DNA of 64,000 nt from Candidatus Poribacteria bacterium (GTDB taxonomy: Bacteria; Poribacteria; WGA-4E; WGA-3G): NCBI GenBank assembly GCA_963663765.2, contig CAXXUA010000004.1, positions 128,001 through 192,000 of the forward strand, in the 5' to 3' direction. Position numbers and translations under genes: made by a program. How positions within the stretch are numbered: the stretch's first letter is position 1; every line of letters begins with the position of its first letter. Positions 49,418-60,439 of this stretch are shown here, in pieces. The notes below the pieces were generated by a model that was not told the DNA's origin, did not search any database, and saw nothing but the letters and a program-made list of their open reading frames with translations.

Positions 49418-51438
49418 TAGAATTCTATATCATTCCTTTGATCTTGAATGTCATTTGCCATTTCAACGACTCTTTGAAGTTGTGTAGTCAATGGTTCATA
49501 GTCTTCGACAAACTTATTTGAAAGACTTGTAAGCTGTCCTACTAACCCATGCAGTGATTCCTCTAATACCTTTTTAAGATGCTGCTGCAAAATTTCTACT
49601 TGGGACTGCATGGTATTAACGCTTTCTCTAAGAGCACTATTCAATTGTTCAGATTGAGTCTGCAATGCACCAAGTTGTTGATCAACACTGAATTGGGAAT
49701 TTTCAATGGATTTATTTACATTCTGAGAAAGGTTCGCAGAAAAATCTTTCAATGGTTTTTCTAATTGTTGGGAAAGGTTTTTAGTGAATTCCGATGTTGA
49801 TTCAACAATTTGGCTTGCACTCTCCTCAAATACTTGATCGATTTGTCCTTTGATGTCCTTTACTACCCCATTGAATTGCTGAGATGAGTTATTCAAGGCA
49901 GTTTCAAACCCTTCATGAATAACCTTAAATGCTTGACGTTGGTCATCTAAATTCTGATTCGATTCAATGATAGATGTCTTGATTGTTTCTGAGAATTTTG
50001 TAGTCATTTCACTAATCTGTTTAGATGTCTTACCTACAGACCTTTGTAATAAATCAAATTGTTCCTCAAATTCCTCACGTTGTCCTTCCATACTTGCATT
50101 AGAATCTGAAATTGCTTTTTTAACTGTCTCTGAAAAACCTCTCGTTAATTCATTGATTGATCTTCCAATGATTGGCATTGCATTTTGGGCATTACGGCTC
50201 ATTTTGTCAAATGTTTCCAATTGTGCATTTAGAGTATGGAGAATGGGATCAAGTTTCTCTGAACAAGAGACAATACTCTCGCTTCGGGTAGCTATTTGGT
50301 TGGATGATTCAGCAATGGATTCGATTGATTTACGAGATTTTTCAATGCTCTCCGCAGCAACCTGGAATTCTTCAGTCAGTTTTTCTAAGTTCTGACGGTG
50401 CTCCTTCTGCCATTCCACCATAATGTCTACTGCTTCATTGAGATGTTTGAAATTTTCACCAAATTGATTAACCATATTCGTGTTGAATTCATCAATCACT
50501 GCCTTAAGTGCTTTTATCAATTCCTCAGTAGCAAGTTTACTGAAAGATTCTGAGACATTGTTAGAAAAAGTTTCAAATTCTGTTCTTAACCTATTATGTT
50601 CATAAGTGATATTTTTTGTTAAAGTCTTTAGTTGTATGAAAGTCTGGTTCTGTTTGTCTATTATTGCGGTTTGTAAATTATTAATAGTTTTTCGAGTTTG
50701 TATACCATCATCTTTCTGTAAATTCGTTAGAGTAGCTATCTCTTCAGGAACAGTTGAAACCAAACTCTGTAATCTATTAAGAACACTCGTATCTTCGTTA
50801 GTTAGAGAATCTCTGATAGTGGTAAGTGTGGGCAAAACCTTGTCACTTAGAATCTTATCTTTAGTCTTTTTATCCTTCTCAAGTGCATTTACCAAATTAG
50901 CAACTTGTGAAGGAAGTTGACTTTCTCCAGACTTCACTAGCGGTTCCAGTTCACTCTTTAGACTACCGCCAAGTTTTTCTATGAACTCATCTCTCTCTTG
51001 TTCTATCGGATTATGTCTATTCTGTTTATATTGAAAAATAGGTGATATTATTGCTTTTAAGATGAGCGCGGACCCGATACCAACAATAGAAGTAATAAAT
51101 GCTGTTTTCAGTCCAATTAATATATCATTTATACTTTGTTGTAATGCATTGGGGTTGGGATTGAAGTCTTGCAGTCCCTTGTAAATACCAATGAAGGTAC
51201 CTAACACACCAAAAATAGTCAAAATTGAAGCCGTAGTATTCGTATTTGACTTCCAACCCTTATTTGCCCATAGAATAACAAACCCAATCAATAGAAAGAA
51301 TATTTGAAAATGTACATAAATTTTTGTGAATGAATCCGGTAGTGAAATCAAGAAATTGAACCAATCGTAATAAAAAGCAATTCCAACAAACACAACAGAC
51401 ATTAAAACAAGTATAACACTTAGGAAAATCTTTCTCAT
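49417..51438 (-). CDS. zorA: Zorya ZorA (MotA-like plus long coiled-coil tail)
   Basis: GVLGTFIGIYKGL..GLKTAFITSIVG, QFGENFKHLN and KFVEDYEPLT motifs. Confidence 0.9.
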   Translation of the reverse strand: MRKIFLSVILVLMSVVFVGIAFYYDWFNFLISLPDSFTKIYVHFQIFFLLIGFVILWANKGWKSNTNTTASILTIFGVLGTFIGIYKGLQDFNPNPNALQQSINDILIGLKTAFITSIVGIGSALILKAIISPIFQYKQNRHNPIEQERDEFIEKLGGSLKSELEPLVKSGESQLPSQVANLVNALEKDKKTKDKILSDKVLPTLTTIRDSLTNEDTSVLNRLQSLVSTVPEEIATLTNLQKDDGIQTRKTINNLQTAIIDKQNQTFIQLKTLTKNITYEHNRLRTEFETFSNNVSESFSKLATEELIKALKAVIDEFNTNMVNQFGENFKHLNEAVDIMVEWQKEHRQNLEKLTEEFQVAAESIEKSRKSIESIAESSNQIATRSESIVSCSEKLDPILHTLNAQLETFDKMSRNAQNAMPIIGRSINELTRGFSETVKKAISDSNASMEGQREEFEEQFDLLQRSVGKTSKQISEMTTKFSETIKTSIIESNQNLDDQRQAFKVIHEGFETALNNSSQQFNGVVKDIKGQIDQVFEESASQIVESTSEFTKNLSQQLEKPLKDFSANLSQNVNKSIENSQFSVDQQLGALQTQSEQLNSALRESVNTMQSQVEILQQHLKKVLEESLHGLVGQLTSLSNKFVEDYEPLTTQLQRVVEMANDIQDQRNDIEF

Positions 51439-52006
51439 ATAAAGTCCTTGTGATTCTAAAATATTTCAAAGTATAACATGAATTTGAGATGAGGTCAATA
51501 TTGTTCCTAACCTCGATATGCTGATATGCTGATATGCTGATATGCTGATACGGGTGTGTAAAGTTTTTGTAGAAACTCTGATATTAAAAGAAGTCCGTCC
51601 AGTTACTATCAAAGCTTACTTGACGTTAGGGAACTATGGACATCGTAGGGGCGAGGTCTCCTCGCCCGCGTAAAACTTCTGTTCGGGCGGGGAGACCCCG
51701 CGCCCCTACGCACAGTAACCAAAACTTTACACACCCTGCTGATACCTCCAACCTTGAAAATGAGATTGACAAACTTGTATACTCTTAATATGCTTTATTA
51801 TCCAAAGTGATTGCATTTGTGGGGGAGGAGTGTCTGAATCTCGGTTGCGGAAAGCGAAAGTTTGAAAGGAAGGTTGGGGAGTGAGATTTTGGACATTTGA
51901 TTGAAATTTATGAGTTGAATATGGTATTATTCCATCATGCTTTAACTTTCCTTCTGAATACCACAAAAACAGTCAATACACCACACTAAAGAATAGGAGA
52001 TTTTTT

Positions 52007-53664
52007 ATGGAAATAGAGTTGCTAATTCCGAAAACACTGAATGATCCAAATCCAATAAACGTATTTTAAAGAATGAAGACCAATTATTTTTAGTAGGAGA
52101 AAATGGATCCGGTAAATCAGCATTAATGCAACGGTTTGTAGGACACCTGCCCAACCGAAAACGTATAACTGCACATAGACAAACATGGTTCCCCTCAGGA
52201 AGCGTAGATATCACACCTGCAAGCCGCCAGCAATATAAACAAAAAGATCTTGACTATGATAGTAGGAACGACGCTCGCTGGAGAGATTACAATCCTGGAT
52301 CGAAATTATCCGCTGTCTTATTTGACTTGGTAGCTAAAGAGAATACCCGGGCTCGTTCTATCACTCAGTATGTTGACAGTGACAACTATGAAAAAGCGAA
52401 GGAAATTTCTGAAGAATCGCCATCGCCATTTGATCAGATAAATGAATTGCTTTCTTTCGCTACATTGAAGGTTAAAATTGAAAACTCTAACGATAGGGAT
52501 CTGCTCGCTAAACACTTAAGATCGGGACAGTCCTTCAGTATCGCAGAAATGTCAGATGCCGAACGAAGTGCAATGATTATCGCAGCACACGTTATTACTG
52601 CTGATCCTGGCACAGTGTTTCTGATTGATAAACCAGAAAGGCACCTTCACCGTTCAATTATTCAGCCATTTCTCTCAGCACTGTTTGACCGCAGAAGTCA
52701 TGACTGTGGGTTTATTATTGCAACCCATGAGATATTTCTTCCGATTGCTAATCCCAATTCTCGAGTTCTAATACTCAGATCATGCCAGTGGAACGGATCC
52801 AAATGTGTAGGTTGGGATGCTGAAGTTTTTGAACCCAATTCTCAACTACCTGAGGAACTTAGGCGTGCAATTCTTGGGTCTAGAAATAGGATTCTCTTTG
52901 TAGAAGGAACTCCTACAAGCAGTTTAGATTTCCCGTTATATACAACTCTTTTTTCGGATATTTCTGTGGTTCCAAAGGGAAGTTGTGAGGATGTTCAAAA
53001 AGCAGTTCTCGGACTCAGAGATTCTCAAGCACTTCATCATATTGAAGCTTTTGGTCTCATTGATCGTGACAACCGGAAGGACGAATACGTAAAAAGACTT
53101 GCTGGAAAAGGTATTTTTGCATTAGAAGTGTACTCGGTAGAAGCTCTCTACTACTGTTCAGATGCCATTGCTGCCGTTGCTTCTGAACAAGCGAGACTTC
53201 GCGGGGAAGATAGTACCCAACTTATTGAGTCAGCAAAAAAGGCGTCTATTAGGGTTCTCAAAGACCATGCGGAAGAAATTGCTGCAAAAAGATGCGAACA
53301 GCAAATACAAGAGTTGACTCTATCGAAAATTCCAAATTGGGAGTCAATTAAGGACAACTCAATTCAGTCATTTTCCATACCTGTTGACTCACAACTCTAT
53401 TCTAAAGAACTTACTCGCTTCAATAAACTCGTTGATGAAGAAAACCTTGATCAACTTATTGCTCGCTATCCAGTACGCCAAAGTTGTGCTCTTGAAACGA
53501 TCGCGCGATCTCTTAAATGCACGAACAAGAGAGATTATGAGAAAATCTTTTTTAACTTAATTCGGCGCGATAATAAATTAGCAGAGAAACTTAAAAAGCG
53601 CATTGGTCCACTTTCTGAAAAACTGGATCAGATAGAAAACTCAGAAACCATTTTATTGAGGTAG
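52007..53664 (+). pseudogene. ABC/AAA ATPase-DUF4435 (TOPRIM-like) fusion, fused PARIS-like, disrupted
   Basis: RBS and ATG at 52007, frameshift near 52055-65 before GENGSGKS. Signature reads SDAE and Walker B reads LIDKPE. FVEG..SLD and IDRD TOPRIM-like motifs follow. Confidence 0.7.
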
Positions 53665-53995
53665 ATTCTGAATCTTGGATTTTCTCGGATGACGCGGATT
53701 AGTACTCTTCTGTGCGGATATCCAAATCCTGTGAAAAGCACTATGAATTACCAAATAAAAATCCCCGTAATCTGTGATTCAGAAAGGAAGAGATTGCGAT
53801 TGTGGAGGGAAAAGAACGGTGATTATCAAATTTCCAACAGCGAATTTTGATTTAAAAGTTTTGCTATTTTATTCTATGTATGGTATAATTGTTAAAACAT
53901 ATTGTTTAGAACTGTTCATGGTTACGTAATAACGCTCGGAAACCGTTATTACGACCAAGACATTGGTAGATTTTAATTATAGAGATAGAAAAGCA

Positions 53996-54430
53996 GTGAA
54001 CGAAGAACGCCAGAGGTTACATAGTAGTCTTAGAGATGAACTATTCAAACGTCAACTATCAAATTCTGAAAATCTCGACAGAGCAATTCTAATGTTATCA
54101 AGTGCAGGTTTAGGACTTTCATTGGTATTTGTGAAAGACTGAGTTCCACTGGCTCAAGCAGATTGTATGTGTATACTATATTTTTCTTGGTTTCTATTTG
54201 GATTTGCAATTTTATCTACTATAGTTTCGTTTTTCGTCAGTCAGGAAGGAATAAAAAAGCAACTTGAGATGAATAGGCAGTACTACTTGGAAGGCAAGGA
54301 AGAAGTGCTAAATCAAAAGAACAGATGGGCCTCGTCAACAGAGTATCTGAGTTACGTTTCTACCGCAACCTATGCAATTGCAGCATTTTTTTTAGTTCTT
54401 TTCATAACGCTAAATTTAAAGAAAAATTAA
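53996..54430 (+). pseudogene. Small multi-TM protein with an internal stop
   Basis: GTG start, DRAILMLSSAGLGLSLVFVKD*VP (TGA at 54140-42), continuing in frame into ORF 54167-54430. Confidence 0.65.
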
Positions 54431-54450
54431 TATTATGGAGGATTAATATT

Positions 54451-54723
54451 ATGGCAAGTAAAAAACCCTATTCCCGGCACACCAATCCTGCTGATCGTAA
54501 GATAGATGAAGGTGCACGGGTACCGAGTATACAACCTATTGTTGAACCTGAATATATAAAAGGGGCTAATGTTCCTGGTATACAACCCGTTACTCAACCC
54601 TCAGGAGACACCTCACCTCCTACAGGTACACCCCCTCCTGTTGATCCTCAATCCCCTACTGGCAATCAACATGCCAATGACACACCTAAACCGGAATCTT
54701 CTGGAACTGAGTCTACTAAATAA
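54451..54723 (+). CDS. Small Pro-rich hypothetical protein
   Basis: GGAGG RBS; MASKKPY...; two GAxVPxIQP motifs. Confidence 0.65.
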   Translation: MASKKPYSRHTNPADRKIDEGARVPSIQPIVEPEYIKGANVPGIQPVTQPSGDTSPPTGTPPPVDPQSPTGNQHANDTPKPESSGTESTK

Positions 54724-54726
54724 AGT

Positions 54727-55010
54727 CTAGTGCTTAGTCAAGTGTTTATTGATGGGTCTAAAAAGAAGTCGGGAATCGGAGTTCCCTCCTACAATACACA
54801 CAATACACAAGACTTCTGTAGGAGCGATCTCCGAATCTCAACCTACAATAGTATGTTGACTAAACACTAGTGCTTAGTCAAGTGTTTATTGATGGGTCTA
54901 AAAAGAAGTCGGGAATCGGAGTTCCCTCCTACAATACACACAATACACAAGACTTCTGTAGGAGCGATCTCCGAATCTCAACCTACAATAGTATGTTGAC
55001 TAAACACTAG
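54727..55010. repeat. Two tandem copies of the 140-bp CTAG-joined unit
   Basis: Same unit as 38330-39312, bounded by CTAG. Confidence 0.93.
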
Positions 55011-55129
55011 TCTGAATAACAGAGGACACAGATTTCACGGATTTTTGAGTCCGTGTCCTCTGTGTCCTCCGTAATTCAGGAGTTTGCGCGGTCTTATGCC
55101 AAAGAAGTTACTATTACGGACCGAATCAA

Positions 55130-56488
55130 ATGTCAAACCGATCCAGTACATCAAATAATAAACCACAGACAGTTCAGGACATCATTAGTGAGATAGAGCA
55201 GAAATCTAAAGGTGGTGGTTATATCTATCGTGGTGAACGTAAATGTAACCCAAAAGTTTCCTCAAAACTCTATCGTGATTTTGAGATTGAGGTGGAACAT
55301 TTTAACATAGAACTTGTGCAAAAAGAGATGCTGGCTGCTGCCAAAAGACATACAGGGGAACTTCCACAAGACTTTCGCGTGGATGTCACAGCATCACTAA
55401 ATGTAGGAGGAGAATTGACAGAGGAAACAATAGATTTTGAAATTCTCACCGAAATTCAACACTACGGTGGTAAAACGAATCTGATTGACTTCACAACCGA
55501 CTACTTCATCGCTCTTTTCTTCGCGTGTGATGGTCGTTATAAAGAGGACGGTCGAGTTATTCTTCAAAAGACGGATGGGATAAAAGACATGATTGCACAC
55601 CCACGCAATCCACGACATAGAGTCATCGCCCAAAAAAGTGTATTCATAAGACCGCCACAGGGTTTTATTGAACCAAGCGATAACGATATAGTCACTATTC
55701 CGGCAAATCTCAAACAACAGATGTTTGAACACTTGCGGAATTATCACGGCATATCTACAGAAGTTATCTATAACGATCTCTACGGATTTATTAGAAACCA
55801 AGATATTCATGGGGATGCGTATACGCACTTTTATAGAGGTTTTGCATGTGGTAATAGAGGAGATCAAGAGACAACTTTTGAAGCAAAACAGGCAGAATAT
55901 GAATATGCTATTAAGCATTTTACCGAGGCGATAAGGTTGAAGCCTGATCTTGCTAATGCTTATTTCAATCGGGGCGTTACTTACGCCTTCAGAGGTGAGT
56001 TTGACAATGCCATAAAAGACTTTGATATGGTGATACAACTACAACCCGATCATGCTGGGACCTATTACAATCGAGGGAATACCTACGTTGATAAAGGTGA
56101 GTTTGACAACGCTATAAAAAACTTTAATAAGGCGATCGAACTTGATACCTATTATCTCAATGCCTATTATAATCGGGGTTTTGCTTACTTGAAAAAAGGT
56201 GAGTTTGACAACGCTATAAAAAACTTTGATATGGTGATACAACTACAACCCGATCATGCCGAAACCTATAACATTCGTGGCGAAGCGTGGTTACACCTGC
56301 AAGAATGGAAAAAAGCGAAATTAGACCTAATCACTGCCAAAGACATGGGGGCAGATATCGTTGCTTCATTTCGTAACGACTATGAAAGTTGTGCGGATTT
56401 TGAGCAGAAAACAGGTATTCAGTTACCAGATGACATCACCACGCTGCTAACACACGAAGGGTTGGAACCTAGTAATGCTGACACCTAA
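55130..56488 (+). CDS. FRG domain plus TPR repeat protein
   Basis: YIYRGE, IQHYGGKTNLIDFT..ALFFAC and RVIAQKSVF motifs; YYNRG TPR repeats. Confidence 0.92.
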   Translation: MSNRSSTSNNKPQTVQDIISEIEQKSKGGGYIYRGERKCNPKVSSKLYRDFEIEVEHFNIELVQKEMLAAAKRHTGELPQDFRVDVTASLNVGGELTEETIDFEILTEIQHYGGKTNLIDFTTDYFIALFFACDGRYKEDGRVILQKTDGIKDMIAHPRNPRHRVIAQKSVFIRPPQGFIEPSDNDIVTIPANLKQQMFEHLRNYHGISTEVIYNDLYGFIRNQDIHGDAYTHFYRGFACGNRGDQETTFEAKQAEYEYAIKHFTEAIRLKPDLANAYFNRGVTYAFRGEFDNAIKDFDMVIQLQPDHAGTYYNRGNTYVDKGEFDNAIKNFNKAIELDTYYLNAYYNRGFAYLKKGEFDNAIKNFDMVIQLQPDHAETYNIRGEAWLHLQEWKKAKLDLITAKDMGADIVASFRNDYESCADFEQKTGIQLPDDITTLLTHEGLEPSNADT

Positions 56489-56495
56489 TATAAGC

Positions 56496-56780
56496 TTAAT
56501 CGAAATGTTTATCATAACACCAAGGTCTGAAGTTTAGACGAAAGTTATGTAATCCACAACAGATTTTCATGACTAGATCGGTAAAACCTTGATTCCAATT
56601 GCGCAACTTGTCTTTGACTATGCGGTATCTTTTGACACTACTCATTACATGTTCTACACGGATACGGATAGACGCTATTTCTCGGTTTCTTGCTTTATCA
56701 GCTTGGAGTCTGTTCGCCCCTATCGGCATCTTTTTTGGTTGGACAGCAGGAATAAACCTAAAAAACCGGAATCTTGATAT
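56496..56780 (-). pseudogene. IS5-family (DDE) transposase C-terminal remnant
   Basis: NREIASIRIRVEHVMSSVKRYRIV..CCGLHNFRL; cut at the 122-bp element. Confidence 0.75.
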
Positions 56781-56782
56781 AA

Positions 56783-56904
56783 CAGGACTTACGCAGTTTT
56801 CATGAGTTGATGAAGAATTATGACGAAAATGGTGTAATTTTCAGCATTTTTTCGTTTTCCAGCGCGCTTACAAAGCGCGCCTACCGTTGGGTGCGTAAGT
56901 CCTG
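56783..56904. mobile_element. 122-bp MITE-like element, second copy
   Basis: Near-identical to 16167-16288. Confidence 0.85.
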
Positions 56905-56978
56905 TTTATAGAATGTCTAGTCATTTCAATCTGATAGCAACATGAAAATACTAATTCACTTATACATTTTGAGGACAC

Positions 56979-58349
56979 ATGAAGATTAACGATTCATTGC
57001 AAATACAGGATCTAAAAAGTTCACTTGAAAGGTTTTTTGAACTGTCGGGACAGAAGATTTTAGCGATAGAGGAAACATGGAAACCGGAACAGGGGACACC
57101 AGTCTTCACCGTTGCAGGAAAATATGCTACACGGGGTTGGACTGAGTGGACACAGGGATTCCAATTCGGTTCTGCTATACTCCAGTTTGATGCTATGAGT
57201 GATGAACAGTTTCTTGAAATCGGTAGGCAGAATACTATAGAAAAAATGTATCCACATATCACACATATCGGTGTGCATGATCATGGGTTCAACAACGTTT
57301 CCACCTATGGTAATCTGCGGCGATTGATGCGCGAGGGTGAAATTCCCTGGAATGACAACGAGATGCATTTCTATGAACTTGCTCTCAAAGCTTCGGCGGC
57401 AGTGCAAGCAAGTCGTTGGACACAGATTAAAGATGGCTCAGGTTATATTGCGTCTTTCAATGGACCACATTCACTCTTCTCAGATACCATTCGTTCCCTG
57501 CGAGTTTTGGCACTGGGACACACACTTGGTGCTGTGTTGATGGGGGAGGGTGATGTTGCTGTCAATCTATTGGAACGGCTAATTCAGCATTCTAAGACTA
57601 CAGCGAAATATAATGTATATTATGGTGAAGGTCGTGATGCTTATGACATAAAGGGACGCGTTGTGCATGAATCTATCTTCAATACAAACGATGGGAACTA
57701 CCGTTGTCCAAGTACTCAACAAGGTTACTCACCATTTACTACGTGGACACGTGGCTTGGCATGGATTCTCACAGGTTATGCTGAACAACTTGAGTTTTTT
57801 GATACACTATCTGAAGATGATCTTGAACCGTATGATGGGTATGCTGAAGTAATAAATCACATGATTAAAGCAGCGGAGTCAACAGCTGACTTCTATATTG
57901 AGAATACAGCCCAAGATGGGATTCCATATTGGGATACGGGTGCCCCCGGTTTGACAAAACTTGGGGATTATTTGGATGCGCCAGCTGATCCGTTTAATGA
58001 TTACGAACCCGTGGATAGTTCTGCTGCGGCTATCGCTGCACAAGGACTAATTCGATATGGCAATTATCTCAAAAAACTTGGGGACTCTAAGTCAGGTAAC
58101 CCGTATTACCAAGCAGGTTTAACGGTCGCTAAGACACTTTTCTCGGAACCGTATCTTTCTACTTCCGAAACACATCAAGGGTTGTTATTACACTCTGTGT
58201 ATCACCGTCCGAATGGGTGGGATTATGTGCCAGAGGGTAGCAAGATTCCTTGTGGTGAAGCATCCATGTGGGGTGATTACCATGCGCGCGAACTTGCAGT
58301 ATTGCTGTGGCGTGAAATAGTTGAAAAACCGTATTTGACGTTTTTCTAA
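56979..58349 (+). CDS. GH88-like unsaturated glucuronyl hydrolase
   Basis: WTQGF..G, HDHGF, TWTRGLAW, PYWD, DSSAAAI and WGDY motifs. Confidence 0.85.
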   Translation: MKINDSLQIQDLKSSLERFFELSGQKILAIEETWKPEQGTPVFTVAGKYATRGWTEWTQGFQFGSAILQFDAMSDEQFLEIGRQNTIEKMYPHITHIGVHDHGFNNVSTYGNLRRLMREGEIPWNDNEMHFYELALKASAAVQASRWTQIKDGSGYIASFNGPHSLFSDTIRSLRVLALGHTLGAVLMGEGDVAVNLLERLIQHSKTTAKYNVYYGEGRDAYDIKGRVVHESIFNTNDGNYRCPSTQQGYSPFTTWTRGLAWILTGYAEQLEFFDTLSEDDLEPYDGYAEVINHMIKAAESTADFYIENTAQDGIPYWDTGAPGLTKLGDYLDAPADPFNDYEPVDSSAAAIAAQGLIRYGNYLKKLGDSKSGNPYYQAGLTVAKTLFSEPYLSTSETHQGLLLHSVYHRPNGWDYVPEGSKIPCGEASMWGDYHARELAVLLWREIVEKPYLTFF

Positions 58350-58379
58350 CCTATATCAATATATCTATTTGAGGAAATA

Positions 58380-59900
58380 ATGATGAATGAAGTTAATGAT
58401 GCCCAAGAGCAGCCAAAGGTTGAAATAGCAGTTGAGAATTTTGGACCTATTTTGAAAGCTAACATAGACTTGCGACCATTGACGGTGTTTGTAGGTCCGA
58501 GTAATACTGGTAAGACTTATTTTGCTACGTTGGTGTATGCCCTTCATGGCACTTTTTATGATTTATTATGTTCAGGTCTTCTGTGTCTATTTGAACCTGT
58601 AAGGATTAGAGGTATACTTAGCAAACTTTTAACTGGTATCACAGAACCGTTTGACGAAATCATGGATATACTTGATAAATTAAATATGAAACATAGACCA
58701 TTTAAATTGTCTGATCTGCCGAAAGAGATGCACATAAATGTTGGTATTATAACGAAAGAAACTGATTTCATTAAAGAAGTTTTACAAAATGAACTCAAGA
58801 ATTGTTTTGATGTAAATTCCATTTCAGAATTAATACGATTTCGTGAAAATCAGTGTAATGAGACAAATATTCTACTGAGGTTCGGGGAGAGAGAACAAGA
58901 ATACTGGCAAATGGGGATGAGATTCCTATCTAAAGAAGTTACGTTGGAAAGCGCATCTTCTTTAGATCTAAAAACGAGTGATGATATCATACTTCTTCCC
59001 AATGAATGGTCAGCTTATACGGAATTCGGATCTCCTCAAATGCGATTTCGTATAAATAGAATTAACTGCCCTACAAGAAAGAATAGATATTATTTGCCTG
59101 CCGCTCGAAGCGGAATAATGCAAAGTCATCGCATCATTACAAGTTCACTTGTAAAGCGCATTACACGAGTTGGATTAGAACTATTTCCTGAAATTCCAAC
59201 TCTATCAAGTGTGATTGCAGAATTTCTGCAACAGATCATCCTATTTGAGGAGGATAGATCCTCTGAAATTCAAATGAATTTATTTCCCGGTGTAGAAATT
59301 TTAAAAAACCAAGTTAATCACATTGCAAATACATTAGAAACGGAAATACTTGAAGGACAAGTAAAGGTTAAACCTTCATCAAGTGGTTACCCTGACTTTC
59401 GATATATTCCACATGACTCCAATGAAGAATTTCGAATGAGTCAATCTTCATCAATGGTATCAGAACTCGCGCCGTTAGTCTTATATCTCCGAAGTCTTGT
59501 CCAACCGGGTGATACCCTCATCATTGAGGAACCAGAAGCACACTTGCATCCCGGTGCTCAAGCGGACATGGCAGTTATTCTTGCGCGGTTGGTGCGTGCA
59601 GGTGTTAGGGTAATCATAACTACACACAGTGATTGGTTGCTTCAGGAAATAGGTAACCTTATACTTGAAGGGGTAATAGACGAAGAGACTGACGAACAAT
59701 CGAGTTGGCTGCGACCAGAAGAGGTGGGAGCATGGCATTTTCAAAAGGACGAACCGGTAAAAGAAATCGCGTTCCATCCAAGAAAAGGATTTTCTCCCAA
59801 GGATTACCAAGACGTTGCTGAAGGACTATATAACCGTTCGGTGAATCTCCAACAGAAGTATGAGAAGCAGAAAGGTGAGAGCGAACGTGAATCTACATGA
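58380..59900 (+). CDS. AAA_15/AAA_21-type ABC ATPase
   Basis: NFGPI, VGPSNTGKT, LPAARSG, IIEEPEAHLHP and ITTHSD motifs. Confidence 0.9.
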   Translation: MMNEVNDAQEQPKVEIAVENFGPILKANIDLRPLTVFVGPSNTGKTYFATLVYALHGTFYDLLCSGLLCLFEPVRIRGILSKLLTGITEPFDEIMDILDKLNMKHRPFKLSDLPKEMHINVGIITKETDFIKEVLQNELKNCFDVNSISELIRFRENQCNETNILLRFGEREQEYWQMGMRFLSKEVTLESASSLDLKTSDDIILLPNEWSAYTEFGSPQMRFRINRINCPTRKNRYYLPAARSGIMQSHRIITSSLVKRITRVGLELFPEIPTLSSVIAEFLQQIILFEEDRSSEIQMNLFPGVEILKNQVNHIANTLETEILEGQVKVKPSSSGYPDFRYIPHDSNEEFRMSQSSSMVSELAPLVLYLRSLVQPGDTLIIEEPEAHLHPGAQADMAVILARLVRAGVRVIITTHSDWLLQEIGNLILEGVIDEETDEQSSWLRPEEVGAWHFQKDEPVKEIAFHPRKGFSPKDYQDVAEGLYNRSVNLQQKYEKQKGESEREST

Positions 59901-60378
59901 AGCTCTTGAGGAGATTCGACAACGGGTAGGGAATAATGCAGCTAAGTCTTATACTAAAGAAGGATGTAAAGTTTCTATGGCGCATATTCCCTCTGAACGC
60001 GTGGTTTTAGATGTTGACCTCGCTTTTCCAACGTCCCGTGCAATGACAAATCAATGCGATTTTATCCTCTTTTACATTGACACTATTCAAAGTAGCCTCG
60101 TTGGTGTCCCAATGGAACTAAAGAGTGGAGACGTAAAGGCATCACTGGTAACTGCACAACTCAAAAAAGGTGCTCAAATCGTTGACAATTTCACACCAAG
60201 GAACATTGATATCGAATTGATACCTGTGTTAGTTCACGATGGAATTCATAAGGCACAATCTGAACAACTTAAAGTAAAAAGAATTAGATTTCGTAATGAA
60301 ATAATTCCAATTAACATGACAACCTGCGGCTATCAAGGCAATATAGCAGAAGTTGTCAAAAAATCTACGAAACGTTGA
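59887..60378 (+). CDS. Small PD-(D/E)XK-like protein coupled to the ATPase
   Basis: QCDFILF..MELKSG..AQL; the GTG start overlaps the ATPase end. Confidence 0.55.
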   Translation: MNLHEALEEIRQRVGNNAAKSYTKEGCKVSMAHIPSERVVLDVDLAFPTSRAMTNQCDFILFYIDTIQSSLVGVPMELKSGDVKASLVTAQLKKGAQIVDNFTPRNIDIELIPVLVHDGIHKAQSEQLKVKRIRFRNEIIPINMTTCGYQGNIAEVVKKSTKR

Positions 60379-60439
60379 ATATGATTAACCTGAAAATGTT
60401 GTGAACAAGCATCTGTTGATATCAGTCGTTTTTACTCTT

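Noticed and set aside
51514-51550. (GATATGCT)n microsatellite upstream of zorA as a phase-variation switch
   Set aside because: It lies upstream of the apparent -35/-10 region (about 51470-51500), and there is no evidence of an effect.
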